The notes beneath the pieces are model-generated. The model searched no databases. It worked only from the letters and a program-made list of their open reading frames with translations, and was not told the origin of the DNA. The translations under genes and the position numbers were made by a program. DNA of 64,000 nt, taken from positions 127-64,126 of IMG/VR virus record IMGVR_UViG_3300042887_001670. One strand, 5' to 3'. The stretch is from a virus. Taxonomy: Duplodnaviria; Caudoviricetes. Shown piece after piece: positions 18,701-28,171 of the stretch (the first letter of the stretch is position 1; the number at the start of each line of letters is the position of its first letter).

Positions 18701-21337
18701 CGCAGTAATGCCGAACTTTTCGGTCATATCAATGTCGGATACGAGCTTCTTAGCTGCTCCCGCTATATTGGAAGTTGATTGTGTATTTAACATACTCTGT
18801 AAAGCAGTTTGCTGAACGTCCGCTAAAGAGCCTGTCGTCGCACGAGCGCCACCCTCCTGTTGACGGATGATGTCGATAGTAAATTGCACATAAACGCCGC
18901 TAGAGAATTTATTAGCAAATTCGGTAATTGACTGATCGAGTTCAGAGACTCGCTTTCGCGCAGATATCAGCGAATCACTTGTAGCTTGGAATTTAGTATC
19001 AAGGGACGCCTCAACAAGTGCTTTCCTTATCTCCTCTATCGCGTCTGGGATTTCTTTGCCTTTGAAAGCCGCATTCAGCATATTGACGGCATCCAACGCT
19101 GAAAGCGTGCCCTTTAAGAAATCATTTATAATAGGGTTTGCAGCGGCATACGCTTGCTGCTCAGCTTCTAGCGCAGATCGCGTAGCCATTGCAGCTTGCC
19201 GCTCTTTTTCTTTCGCAGAGTTCATAGCCTCCGCAAGTCGGGGATTTTGTAGTGCGGTTTCAATGTTTTGTTGTGTCGTCTCTATAGCGCGGATACGAGG
19301 GGTCAATCCTCGGCGCATAGCTGCCGCCGCGCGCTCCGCCGCAGCCAATTCGCGTTGCGCTGTAGACCTCTCTATCTCCATACGTTGCTGTTCTGCTTTT
19401 GCGGCAGCGGCGACGGCGTCCCCTTCGGACAAGCCTAGCCGCTTATTCGCTTCAATACGCCGTTCAATAGCGGTTGAGGAAGCATCTAGCGTTTGCTTAT
19501 TACGGAAAAGCACTTCATTAAATTCAGAAATAGAGTCATTTACTTTTGTGCCTGCTTTATTGAGTTCATTAGTTGAGTTTGTAAATTGGTTTAATACGCC
19601 CGTTAGACCTGAAAATTCTCGTGCCAACTTGCTTACTAGACCTGCCAGCGAAGTAAACAGATCAAGTAATCCAGTGTCTTTCAGAAAACGGATAAGTTCA
19701 ATTATGCTTTTGATTACCAAAAGAATCACATCGCCAAGGGCTGCGAATGCAGCACCGATAGCCTCAGTCGCCCCGATTTCCCGTAGAGTCTTCATCGTCT
19801 CTGCGAGGGAGTTGGCGAAAGTTATAACGGCATTGTTAAGCCCACCTTCCCCAATAGCGTTAGAGAATAGGGTGAACTGTGTGCCCAAACGCCCAAACGA
19901 CGCGGAAATGCTATTAGAAGTGCGTGAAAGAGCCTCGGAACCACCAGACATCAAATTGATTTGGCGTATGAACTCTGTGCCGTATCGCTTTACGTCAAGT
20001 GATCCTTCTTCGAACCGCTTATTCAGGTCTGCCTGTCTGCCATCGACTTTAGTAACGGCCTTGTCAAGCGCCGCCATAGCGATAGGGAGGCGGTCGCCCA
20101 ACTGCAACCGCACTTCTTCCGCCATGAACTTGCCCTTGGACATTGACTGTTCCAAGGCTCGGATGACGCCCATAGTGTCAGCGGACGAGAGGCCGAAGTT
20201 TCGGGCCGCCTCAGACAACTGAGTAAACGATGTGCGGGTTTCGTCGCCGGTAAAACCTGCCCCCTTCATAGCCAGTGAAAGGCGGGCGAAAGAGTTGCCG
20301 ACTTCACCAACAGAGAACCCGATACGGTCAGCTTCGTTGGTCAAAAACTGAAGATTACGTTGGAACTCGCCGCTAGTTGCAGATACCGTCCTGAGCGTAT
20401 TTGTGAATTTCTCGTATTCCATAATAGACTGGACTATTTCTCGTGTGCCGAACGCAGCACCGAGAGCCGCGATAGCGGCGCCAGTGTTGAAAAGAATACG
20501 GCTGAAGCCGCCCAACGAAGCGTTGGCAGCACCGAAAGCGGCGGAGATTGTGCGCGCGTTATCGCTTATTCTGGGGAGTAGACCTCCAACTCGCGCAATA
20601 TCCCCGCTCAATGCTTGCATCGCTCGGTTAAATTCACCTGTTGCTTTAGCCGCGCCGATGGAATTTAGGCCATGGGTCCGCAGCGCGGATTGGTATTTGT
20701 TTATTGCATTTGTCGCGCTAGCGCTAATACCAGAGAATTGATCTGGACTTAGTTGCCTAGATGCTCGTCCGGTGATACCAGCAACGCGGGTCTGCGCTTG
20801 CTGCATAATCCGTTCAAAAGCAAGCACATCCGTGACTCGCTTTTTTTCAACCGCAGCTATTTCTTTTGCGTTTGCGATCCGTCGCTTTTCCTGCGCCTCT
20901 AGAGCCTTTAGGCTGTCCTTTACATTTGAAACAGAATTTTTCCAAGCAATGTTTGTCCTAGTAAGATCAAGGGTGCCCGCGTTGACTTTTTGGATAATTG
21001 CAAGATGCTTTAGATACGCGTTGCCGGTATCAGTGATTAGATTGCGCCGCTGAGATTCAGATACATTTGATTGGTTTATCATACGAATCATTTTTTCGTA
21101 TTGGCGCGCGGCGGCGTCAATGCGCTTCTCCATTGCCGCTAGTGCGCTCTCAGACTTCTTAGCCCCTTTCGCAGTCTCGTCCTGCGCCTTACCTAGTCCG
21201 GTGGCCTTTCCGCCGATATTGCTTACAGACTTCTCTACCTTAGCCGCAGTCGCAGCAAGCGCGTCAAGCGCCTTTACTGCGGCGCTGACCGACTTGGTAT
21301 CAACTTTGACTGTAAGATTAGCAACTGAATCCGACAA
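15707..21337 (-). CDS. Tape measure protein (1876 aa)
   Basis: Tape-measure domain ALEQSMSKGKFMAEEVRLQLGDRLP, long Ala-rich helices, C-terminal YANGG...GEAGPEAIMPL. Confidence 0.95.
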   Translation of the reverse strand: MSDSVANLTVKVDTKSVSAAVKALDALAATAAKVEKSVSNIGGKATGLGKAQDETAKGAKKSESALAAMEKRIDAAARQYEKMIRMINQSNVSESQRRNLITDTGNAYLKHLAIIQKVNAGTLDLTRTNIAWKNSVSNVKDSLKALEAQEKRRIANAKEIAAVEKKRVTDVLAFERIMQQAQTRVAGITGRASRQLSPDQFSGISASATNAINKYQSALRTHGLNSIGAAKATGEFNRAMQALSGDIARVGGLLPRISDNARTISAAFGAANASLGGFSRILFNTGAAIAALGAAFGTREIVQSIMEYEKFTNTLRTVSATSGEFQRNLQFLTNEADRIGFSVGEVGNSFARLSLAMKGAGFTGDETRTSFTQLSEAARNFGLSSADTMGVIRALEQSMSKGKFMAEEVRLQLGDRLPIAMAALDKAVTKVDGRQADLNKRFEEGSLDVKRYGTEFIRQINLMSGGSEALSRTSNSISASFGRLGTQFTLFSNAIGEGGLNNAVITFANSLAETMKTLREIGATEAIGAAFAALGDVILLVIKSIIELIRFLKDTGLLDLFTSLAGLVSKLAREFSGLTGVLNQFTNSTNELNKAGTKVNDSISEFNEVLFRNKQTLDASSTAIERRIEANKRLGLSEGDAVAAAAKAEQQRMEIERSTAQRELAAAERAAAAMRRGLTPRIRAIETTQQNIETALQNPRLAEAMNSAKEKERQAAMATRSALEAEQQAYAAANPIINDFLKGTLSALDAVNMLNAAFKGKEIPDAIEEIRKALVEASLDTKFQATSDSLISARKRVSELDQSITEFANKFSSGVYVQFTIDIIRQQEGGARATTGSLADVQQTALQSMLNTQSTSNIAGAAKKLVSDIDMTEKFGITADMSNKKVIELLRTNDKFRDILPDVAKRLDEVRISEEKVKEARDKSENTLEKYIATLRAQIADQGKIAAAYRISTAAGEDAELQLKAETEAIRLGAKTDAERIALKKQILPLLRDEAALEKNVSAAKDLPRMKDEIALLEKERSLLGESLSIREQELAVFRVRQQNRGASPEDLRELENFTRQAVRGRQEIDQLDNSYKEMANIGVRAFEQVGDAITEAFAKGEIRALNFGNVIRGVMSSIVQSILRLGIVNPIINSIFSGTMLPTLGLGLSAMGGGGAAAAGAAAGGGGGIMQLLGLSSLIPKEGIFGSLGLTGSGGLFSSVNASLFGTAPSTTMIPGLLEPSIASGFGGMSSAGTPGFFGTFGSTSLSGVLGGAGAGFGAGMFANSLLGGNQTGGMVGSGLGALGGTLLAAGGFLGPLGLLAGGLLGGVLGGAGGGLFGPKESSRGFGYALRSQDGQLAMTDTYYNEQGRAQFEEANAKIPAINAYLKQRGLTVSGVRAVGGNKYGMGNLGYGEAASFNEALGSLKFAATANEELNKALSTRSFAGPEKLQEFVDGFIALQDTIKGLTADPVPEFKKQMDALIDSFAQATAKAREYGIGEEELLAARDKQIAKLEEQRSLTIRDTALEMHVRRLMAEGMDQEAQRIELAYKTQKEIESFTASLDALGITAEEKSRLLVELERTQAAERVKILKDSNKNIRDYLDSLRTSSPLSGTTTMGRLGAAQELFNRDLAAAQTGNVDALNRITQSADTLLNLAREAYASTGGFHDIRGRVVSGLESLSTTPMSQQSLPDLASVPLVAEMTNLRTNAAIAETAEYTKRFDSKLAELLPIAEAIQAAVEQANQISNVGFDGSSQSAGEGGGGNGGGMGGGGTENALGNVFRHGRIMAYANGGIPDYVNSPTLAPMALFGEAGPEAIMPLRRGSDGRLGVEVNGSDNQAVVSELRAVRDEIVSLREATADSDGKESTGLVEAIAELRVQVGGLREELRTARLRAQ

Positions 21338-21339
21338 CC

Positions 21340-21810
21340 CTACCCCCGTCTAGTCGATCTCTTTGGCGCAGGCATCTGTTCAGATTTCTTTGACGCATCT
21401 TTAGCGGCCCTGGCGGCTTTGGCGAGGTCGGCTTGGGCTTCAAGAAATGCGGTGTCAATCACTTTTATAGCGCGTATCTCATGCGGAAGCAATACGCGGC
21501 CTGATAGGCGGATATAGGCGTCTATTTCTAAATAAGTGATGGGGTTTGACGAGAACCCATTTGACCCACGGGTTGATTGTAGGTCAACGAAACTCCCCCA
21601 CGCAAAAGTAAATTCTTCTGGCATGGGTGGCAAGTCTAGCCGCGCCTCAATCTCAAGTTTCTGCTGCTTTGAGGCGCTGTCCGTTCTGCGACTAACCGCA
21701 GATAGGGCGCGAGTGAGGCTATCCGCCTCACTCGACCCGTCTTCTTTCTTCAGGTTAAGCGCGAAATAACGTTCCGCATGTTCTTTGAGAAAAGTTAAGC
21801 TATCTTCAAA
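21340..21810 (-). CDS. Tail assembly chaperone, C-terminal (T-like) frame
   Basis: F.DLQSTR.SNGF..NPITYLEIDAY...HEIRAIKVID; no good own start; entered by +1 shift from upstream ORF. Confidence 0.75.
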   Translation of the reverse strand, partial: FEDSLTFLKEHAERYFALNLKKEDGSSEADSLTRALSAVSRRTDSASKQQKLEIEARLDLPPMPEEFTFAWGSFVDLQSTRGSNGFSSNPITYLEIDAYIRLSGRVLLPHEIRAIKVIDTAFLEAQADLAKAARAAKDASKKSEQMPAPKRSTRRG

Positions 21811-22207
21811 GAAACGTGGCGCGGTCGTCAAGCGCCTCGCTGACCTGCTCCTTGATCCACGAGAAGCGAAGGTCCGAGTAGATCGTGCGCGCAGTCGTAT
21901 CGTTCAACGGCGCGTCTAGTGGGCTGCCGTCAAGGCCTACCAGATACCAGTCCTTCGTGGCAGCAACAAGGGCCTCAGCACGCTCAGCCTCAAGCTCGTC
22001 AGCGGTCATGGTGACGCGACCACGCATCTTCAGACGCTTGTTGAGTGCTGCCTTCTGCACCTTCTGCACTTCGGGGCTGTCAAGGCTGACCACGGAAATG
22101 AAGGCTTCCTTACCCGCAGCGTCGCGCAAAGGCTGGCGCGTCTTTGGGTGTAGGATGGTAATAGGGACGGCGTTGGAAACATCGACGGCGAGGGCGTCTA
22201 GTGACAT
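21806..22207 (-). CDS. Tail assembly chaperone (G-like)
   Basis: ITILHPKT...SLDS..., WIKEQV..ALDDRATF; CAGGAGG RBS; between tail tube and tape measure. Confidence 0.8.
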   Translation of the reverse strand: MSLDALAVDVSNAVPITILHPKTRQPLRDAAGKEAFISVVSLDSPEVQKVQKAALNKRLKMRGRVTMTADELEAERAEALVAATKDWYLVGLDGSPLDAPLNDTTARTIYSDLRFSWIKEQVSEALDDRATFL

Positions 22208-22293
22208 GAGAAGCGAGACCTCCTGGGTCTTTTCAAGGTGGGACCAAAAGTGTTTTGGCAAAGGAACAACGCCAAGTCAAGCGCAAACGTATT

Positions 22294-24711
22294 TTAAGTC
22301 GTAAGAGCGCGTAATTCACTGTCAGAGTAAAAGTAGTTTGAGAGCGTAGCTGAGCGCGCCCAGCCTATGGTGTGGTTGAAGTTGCCCCAAGGAGCGCTTA
22401 ACACGGCTACGTCTGTCATAGCCGCATAGCCTGCGCGTGCAAAGGTAGAGGCGGTAAGTGCAGCCCCGTTTATTGAATATCGGGCACCTGCATAATTGAT
22501 TGAGGCGCCTATTTTATTGGTGGTGAAAGCGGGGCGTAGTTGAGCGGTTAGACTAACGCCTGTGTCTCCTACCCCATTTATGATGTATGTAAAATTTTCA
22601 GTAAAGTATGATGTATTGCTAAAAGAGCCGCCTGATGTCCCAGCATATACTACGCCACTACCTTGCGAGTTGCTTGCAGACAAAAATTCAACCGAATACG
22701 TATATCCGTTGGGTGATTGGAACCAAGGTGCATTTGCACTTAGACTATAAGTTAAGCGGTCAGCAGCGCGAGTGACTGTTGCTCCTGAAGTCTTGATCGG
22801 GCTGGTGATCGTGTTGCCTAGTTCTAGTTGTGGAAGACCGACGCGAAGCGTGAAGTCAGCCGCGCCGCTCGTTGTAATACGGATAAGGTTGCCAACAGAT
22901 GTCGTAGTGCCGAGAACCCGTGTGAGAGTGACCCGCTGCGTTCTAAGCGCGGCATTAGTAGGGGTAAATACAGCGATAGAAGAACCGCTACTATCCGACA
23001 TAATAATCCGCATTTGAGATATATTGGTAAGAGAACCCCCCACCAACTTAAAATAAGAGGATGTTGTCCAAGTTTCTCCTGTAGATGCAGTGGTTGTATA
23101 GCCACCCATCATGCTTATATCTATTGTAGCGGCGCCAGAAGTTGTGAATCGGTAGTCAATAAACTCTATACCATCCTCTGTTCCTATAGAAACGATTGTT
23201 TTAAGGGTGACGTTACCGCCCACGCCCGTAGTTGACCATCCTGTGGATGGGTTAGTGCCAGGAGTGCCTGCGACTGCACCGGCCATTGTATTGTTTCTGA
23301 CTGAGTTTGTGCGAGAGGGTTCTAACGCCAAGCCCCGCAACGCCAAACCATTTGGGTCATAGTCTACCCGCGCAACATCCGCACTCGCAACAGTCAAAAC
23401 GCCTGAACTATTGAAATATGTAGCGTTGCTGGCGCGGCTGTAGGTCCATCCTGAAGGCACGCCAGTTAGAAAACTAAAAGTCTGCGTCCTAGGGACTAAG
23501 TTGCTTGCTTGGATATAAATAGGCGCTGTGCCCTGTTGCGGATTTGCCGCAAGTGGTGTCAACGCCACAAATGGAAGTGAGACAGTAATCCCGCTATCCG
23601 AAGAAGTATCTACTTCCCCACCAGAATATTTTAGACGTGGAATGACGATGCTTATGAATTTTGTATCCGCGTCTAGGGCCTGTGTATTCTGCAATTGCAG
23701 TATAAGTTTGGATTCTGTCTCTTGAATAAACTTATCGAAAGCGGATGAACTTGAAAAAAGAACGCTAATCTGCCCCGTTACTTCTACAAATCGTCCGAAG
23801 AAGGTATTAGATACAGTTTCGGAACCTACCGTCTGCGGCGCCACCAAACTATTATTGATCGAGATTTCAGCGGCAGTAACCACGCCAAGGACGCTGTTGC
23901 CTTCAAAGAGCGTGCCATTTACAGCGGTGTAGGGGGTCGTTTGTGCCGCTTCGGTGTAGGTAGAGGCGACGCTTGTAGAAGAAAAAGAGGAAGCGTCTCG
24001 GCCTATGAGATTAAAAGAAAGAGTAGCAAGGCCAGAAGCGGGCACAGAGAACGTGACTTGATTGACTCGGACGCCTTTGAATTGTTGGTAGAGATTGCGG
24101 TCTGTCAACCAACGTTCGATAGTAAAGGAGCGGTATGTTCCGTCCAGAGAGGCTTTGCGCCCTACTTCATATACGCGATTGACAGCCACACTTGAAGAAG
24201 TAGAGGTAAGGGTTCCTGGCTCCACTTCGATTGTCGAAGAAGAAACGCTGACTGCGGTAAGATAGACGCCTGTTATACCTGCCACTGGTCCGTTTGGGGA
24301 GGTAAGGTAGAAAATCTCGCCTTCCCTGAAACCATTAGATATCAGGTTATATCCCGCAGTGGCACAAGTGATGCGGCTGTTCGCTGCATCAACACTCGCC
24401 GTAAACGCACTCGCAATAGGGGCTGCGGTCGCCCATGTTCCTCCTATGGCCGCTTCAAGCAGATCGTCCCAAGACTGTTCTGAAATTTCGCCTAGAATGT
24501 CACCAGATACACTTTTATATCCGTGAAATAAATTTTGTCGCACACGAGATGAAAGCCGTGCGTCTGGTTGCCTGATTTCTTTTTGTAGATTGACGTTCAG
24601 ATTTATATCTCGGATACGCTTAAATGGCTGGCCTACAGGCGTAGAGCCAAAGACGCTTTCCGCGACATAGCCATATTCAGCAAGCGAGCCTGTTGCGATA
24701 CTGCCGCTCAT
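22294..24711 (-). CDS. Second tail-tube-like protein with ~400-aa C-terminal fibre/spike extension
   Basis: N-terminal half clearly paralogous to 25078..26280 (TYRSFTIERWLTDRNLYQQF identical); C-terminal YSRASNATYFNSSG...LALEPSRTN...TRAAD. Confidence 0.8.
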   Translation of the reverse strand: MSGSIATGSLAEYGYVAESVFGSTPVGQPFKRIRDINLNVNLQKEIRQPDARLSSRVRQNLFHGYKSVSGDILGEISEQSWDDLLEAAIGGTWATAAPIASAFTASVDAANSRITCATAGYNLISNGFREGEIFYLTSPNGPVAGITGVYLTAVSVSSSTIEVEPGTLTSTSSSVAVNRVYEVGRKASLDGTYRSFTIERWLTDRNLYQQFKGVRVNQVTFSVPASGLATLSFNLIGRDASSFSSTSVASTYTEAAQTTPYTAVNGTLFEGNSVLGVVTAAEISINNSLVAPQTVGSETVSNTFFGRFVEVTGQISVLFSSSSAFDKFIQETESKLILQLQNTQALDADTKFISIVIPRLKYSGGEVDTSSDSGITVSLPFVALTPLAANPQQGTAPIYIQASNLVPRTQTFSFLTGVPSGWTYSRASNATYFNSSGVLTVASADVARVDYDPNGLALRGLALEPSRTNSVRNNTMAGAVAGTPGTNPSTGWSTTGVGGNVTLKTIVSIGTEDGIEFIDYRFTTSGAATIDISMMGGYTTTASTGETWTTSSYFKLVGGSLTNISQMRIIMSDSSGSSIAVFTPTNAALRTQRVTLTRVLGTTTSVGNLIRITTSGAADFTLRVGLPQLELGNTITSPIKTSGATVTRAADRLTYSLSANAPWFQSPNGYTYSVEFLSASNSQGSGVVYAGTSGGSFSNTSYFTENFTYIINGVGDTGVSLTAQLRPAFTTNKIGASINYAGARYSINGAALTASTFARAGYAAMTDVAVLSAPWGNFNHTIGWARSATLSNYFYSDSELRALTT

Positions 24712-24743
24712 CGCCTCGCTTTTTCACCCCATCACTGAATAAG

Positions 24744-25022
24744 TTAAAACCAAAGCCTGCGTGGATTTTGCGGGGAGACTTCCGAAGCCGCAAATGCAGG
24801 GTTCATCTCGTTCTTCCAAGCCATGTTAACATGGTATCCCGGTAGAACAATAGGAAGGGCGTCTTCACTCTCTTGGTCGATTAGAGTGCCGATGTCGTCA
24901 ATAGCGTCGGCTTCATTTGGGCAAGGAGTGCCCTCGTAAAATTGAAAACCTGCGTCGAGGCATGTTTGAAGAAAAGCATCTCTATCGTCAAAGCGATGGA
25001 AAGAGTAGATATATTTACTCAT
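24744..25022 (-). CDS. Small phage protein, likely partner of the spike/fibre domain
   Basis: IDDIG...GYHVN...PQNPRRLWF pattern. Confidence 0.6.
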   Translation of the reverse strand: MSKYIYSFHRFDDRDAFLQTCLDAGFQFYEGTPCPNEADAIDDIGTLIDQESEDALPIVLPGYHVNMAWKNEMNPAFAASEVSPQNPRRLWF

Positions 25023-25077
25023 GTGACTAGCGCCTCAATGGCAAAGGGTTGCCCCTTTGCCATTGACGCAATCCACA

Positions 25078-26280
25078 TTAGGCAGCATTGCCGCGCTGGA
25101 TAGAGATAGACGAAGTGCCCTGCACAACGTTGGCCGCAAGCGGCTTCAACGCCACGAAAGGCATGGTCACGGTGATGCCTGTGTCGGGGCTGTCATCCAC
25201 ATCGCCACCGCTATATTTGATACGGGGCAGAACGAGGGTCACAAACTCAGTTGTGCTGTCGAGCAAATCCTTATTCTGAAGCCGCAGAATAAGTGTTGAT
25301 TCCGTCTCGTTCACGAACTTGTTGTGCATGTCTGCATTGGTGAACAAAACGGTGATTGTGCCGCTTACGTCAGCAAATCGACCAAAAAGAAGGTCAGGCG
25401 TCACGCTGGTGCCGACGACTTGAGGCCCCGCCATGTTGTTGTTGACGGTCAACTCAGCAGCGGTGACAAGGCCAAGAACAACGCCACCTTCATAAATCTC
25501 GCCGTTGACAGCAGCAAAAGGAGTGGTCTGCGGTGAAGCGGTATAGGTAGAGGCCGCAGAAGTAGAGGAGAACCCTGTGCCGTCTTGCCCGATAACGCTG
25601 AACGTCACCGTAACTAGGCCAGAAGCCGGGATGGAAATGGTCATCTGGTTCATACGGACGCCACGGAACTGCTGGTATAGGTTTCGGTCGGTCAACCAAC
25701 GCTCAATGGTGAAAGAACGGTAGGTGTTGCCGATGGCAACCTTGCGGCCTGCAACCGAGATAGTAGCAGAAGCGGTAGCCGTGGTCCCGATAGTGCCGGG
25801 CTCAACCTCGATGGTGGACACGCCGACGCTCAGTGCGGTGAAGAAGCGATCAGTCAGACCCGCCACTGCGGGGGTTGCAGTGATTGCGAAAACGTCGCCA
25901 ACGCGAACTCCAAGCGTCGGAAAGTTGGCCGAGCCCACCGTAATACGGTTGGTGGCAGAGTTGGAAGCGACGCTGGAGAAAGGAGCCGAAGCGCCGGTTG
26001 CCCAAGTGCCGCCCATGATGGCCTGGATGAAGTCATCCCAAGACTGCTGCGAAAGCTCACCAGTAATGTCGCCAGTGACGGAGCGATACCCGTGGCGCAC
26101 GTCTTGGCGCTGACGGTCAGAGCGACGCTCCTCCGACTGATATGCTTCCTTCTGAAGGTTGACAGAAAAAGACACATCGCGGATTCGCTGAAAAGCAGAA
26201 CTGACCGGGGTAGTGCCGAAAGTTACTTCAGCAATGTACCCGAGTTCAGTAAGTGAACCCACTGCAATTGAACCGCTCAT
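25078..26280 (-). CDS. Major tail tube protein
   Basis: GYIAEVTFGTTP, SEERRSDRQ, RSFTIER, LPRIKYSGG; CAGGAG RBS and own TTGACT box at 26369-26374. Confidence 0.88.
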   Translation of the reverse strand: MSGSIAVGSLTELGYIAEVTFGTTPVSSAFQRIRDVSFSVNLQKEAYQSEERRSDRQRQDVRHGYRSVTGDITGELSQQSWDDFIQAIMGGTWATGASAPFSSVASNSATNRITVGSANFPTLGVRVGDVFAITATPAVAGLTDRFFTALSVGVSTIEVEPGTIGTTATASATISVAGRKVAIGNTYRSFTIERWLTDRNLYQQFRGVRMNQMTISIPASGLVTVTFSVIGQDGTGFSSTSAASTYTASPQTTPFAAVNGEIYEGGVVLGLVTAAELTVNNNMAGPQVVGTSVTPDLLFGRFADVSGTITVLFTNADMHNKFVNETESTLILRLQNKDLLDSTTEFVTLVLPRIKYSGGDVDDSPDTGITVTMPFVALKPLAANVVQGTSSISIQRGNAA

Positions 26281-26381
26281 ATTGTTCTCCTGAGAACTTA
26301 GGGCGGCAAAAATGCGTTGCCGCTAAAAAATATATACCTTTCCACGTATAATTGAATGGTTCCTAGCAAGTCAATGCGTGC

Positions 26382-26792
26382 TTAAGTGGGGACGTAGGAG
26401 AACCAAGGAACAGTCAGTCGGATACGCCAGAACGGGCCTTCTCGGTCATTCGACGCCATGCTCGGCGTGGCTTCGATGTTGACTGAAATTGAGTCGCTTG
26501 TCAGGACAAGGCCGCGATAGAAATGCGCCCTGATCCTCTCCGCCAAGTCAGAAGCCGGATTGGGGCCTTGGTCTTGGGGTGCATAAACATCAACCTGATA
26601 GACGCCGCTTTCGAAATCCATGGCGCTCCTGTGGTTGGCGGCGGGGCGCGTCGGCGCTGGTAAGAAGTTTACCCGCAAATGGATTTCCGTAGTCTTGGGC
26701 GTAAAAGATACGTTCTCCCACGCCACACTAGGAAGCGAAGAAAGGCTGTTGAGACGCGCGTTCAGGGCGTTACGGATTGACTTCAAACTCAT
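26382..26792 (-). CDS. Tail terminator-like protein (DUF4128-type)
   Basis: VAWENVSFTP, GVYQVDVYAP..QG, RIRAHF.RG. Confidence 0.75.
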   Translation of the reverse strand: MSLKSIRNALNARLNSLSSLPSVAWENVSFTPKTTEIHLRVNFLPAPTRPAANHRSAMDFESGVYQVDVYAPQDQGPNPASDLAERIRAHFYRGLVLTSDSISVNIEATPSMASNDREGPFWRIRLTVPWFSYVPT

Positions 26793-27274
26793 CGAACTGT
26801 CCTAGCCACGCGGGCCGCATTGGAGACGAGAGAAGGCCACGCCTTGGCATTAACGCGCATCATGCCATACGGGGCTTGGAAAGAGAACCCAGAGGGTAGA
26901 GTTTTGACTCGGCGTTCGTTGTCAAACTCATACCCACCAAATTCCAATTTACCAATATATCCAACCGTATTAACAAGGTAGAGCGTGGTATGAACACGAG
27001 GGGAATAGATCGCATAAGTAGCAGCCGCGTCCCGAGAAGTCGCTTCGCCTGTTGGGTCTAAGCGGTAGGCATTAGAATTTAGATTGGTATCAAACCCAGC
27101 AACCCACCCGCCTCTTGCCCGCCCTACACTGTTGGGGTCGTGCATACCAAAGGGAAGGTCAATCGGCGTGGCTTTGATGATGTTCGTGGCGAGTTTAGTC
27201 GCAGCGCCAGAAACCGTCTTAGCAAGTCGGCGTTCCGTCCTTTGGGCGAAATTAGCAACTTGCTGTGCGAACAT
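26789..27274 (-). CDS. Neck/tail completion protein (HK97 gp10-like)
   Basis: TPID..GRARGGW, YIGKLEFG, SFQAPYGMMRV. Confidence 0.75.
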   Translation of the reverse strand: MFAQQVANFAQRTERRLAKTVSGAATKLATNIIKATPIDLPFGMHDPNSVGRARGGWVAGFDTNLNSNAYRLDPTGEATSRDAAATYAIYSPRVHTTLYLVNTVGYIGKLEFGGYEFDNERRVKTLPSGFSFQAPYGMMRVNAKAWPSLVSNAARVARTVR

Positions 27275-27651
27275 TATTTTTGAGCCAAAAGTCGATACAT
27301 GACAACTGTGCCACTTTCCGGTATCGCCTGCACTCGTGTAATCTTATACGGCTCAGTAGTTGACACAGGGGAGCCGATTGTCATCCCTGGCTTTGGTGCG
27401 AACGCCGCGCCACTGGCAGTTAAATAAATTTCGACTTCAGAGGTTTCAGCAAACTCGGGGTCATCAAAACGACTATCACGCGAAAAAGATTTTCCGCGTA
27501 AATCTTGTGTCGCCGTGCTTGCAGTGACCGACCCCGTTGAGGGGTTGAATACCTGATCGCCTTGTCTCGATACTCGGAAAACGTCGCCGTATTTCTGAAG
27601 TAGGCGAAGACCTGTTCCGTCGCGAAGCCGTTCAAAAATACTAGCGCTCAT
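27274..27651 (-). CDS. Head closure / head-tail joining protein
   Basis: LLQKYG...FNPSTG; position between adaptor and neck gene; ATGA coupling. Confidence 0.65.
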   Translation of the reverse strand: MSASIFERLRDGTGLRLLQKYGDVFRVSRQGDQVFNPSTGSVTASTATQDLRGKSFSRDSRFDDPEFAETSEVEIYLTASGAAFAPKPGMTIGSPVSTTEPYKITRVQAIPESGTVVMYRLLAQK

Positions 27652-28139
27652 GTCCTGACGATCTGTGGGAAACCAAGGGGTTGGCAAATAGGCTTTAGGA
27701 TGAACTCGATGTCTCGAAATAGGGGCAAAGACCTCGCCCTAGAATCATACTTCACACGAATTGGCCCGATCTGTTCTTCGAGAACGGAATCGCTGCGCGT
27801 CAAATCAGGGATAAGATTCTCCCCATTACGTGACCGAAGTGCTAAAGCGCACACCGCATCTTTCAATTCTTTTGGAATCTCGCTTTCATCAACTGTCCAG
27901 CCATCGCGGCGAACAGCATATGCGCGGGGCCAAGAAAGGGCCTGATTTTCTGTCTTCTTGAGCCCGACCCAGCGTTCGTAATATGCGCCTTCGACATAGC
28001 GCATAGCCTTCATAATATCCGCATCCGCTGATACCGGAGGAGCGAGGCCATAGAGACGTGCATAAGCCGCAACGTCCGCGCCAAGAACGTATGTCTGAGA
28101 ATTGGTTTTACCCGAACCATCTTCAAGAATAAGAGCCAT
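27648..28139 (-). CDS. Head-tail adaptor (DnaT-like family)
   Basis: LEDGSG..NSQTY, QALSWPR, IPKELKDAVCALA, IGPIRVKY. Confidence 0.75.
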   Translation of the reverse strand: MALILEDGSGKTNSQTYVLGADVAAYARLYGLAPPVSADADIMKAMRYVEGAYYERWVGLKKTENQALSWPRAYAVRRDGWTVDESEIPKELKDAVCALALRSRNGENLIPDLTRSDSVLEEQIGPIRVKYDSRARSLPLFRDIEFILKPICQPLGFPQIVRT

Positions 28140-28171
28140 AACTTCCACCCCATCCGAAGGTTCGGGTTATA

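Noticed and set aside
17376-20222. Long plus-strand ORFs (245 aa, 388 aa) opposite the tape measure gene
   Set aside because: Antisense shadows of Ala/Gly-rich coding sequence; no motifs or RBS.
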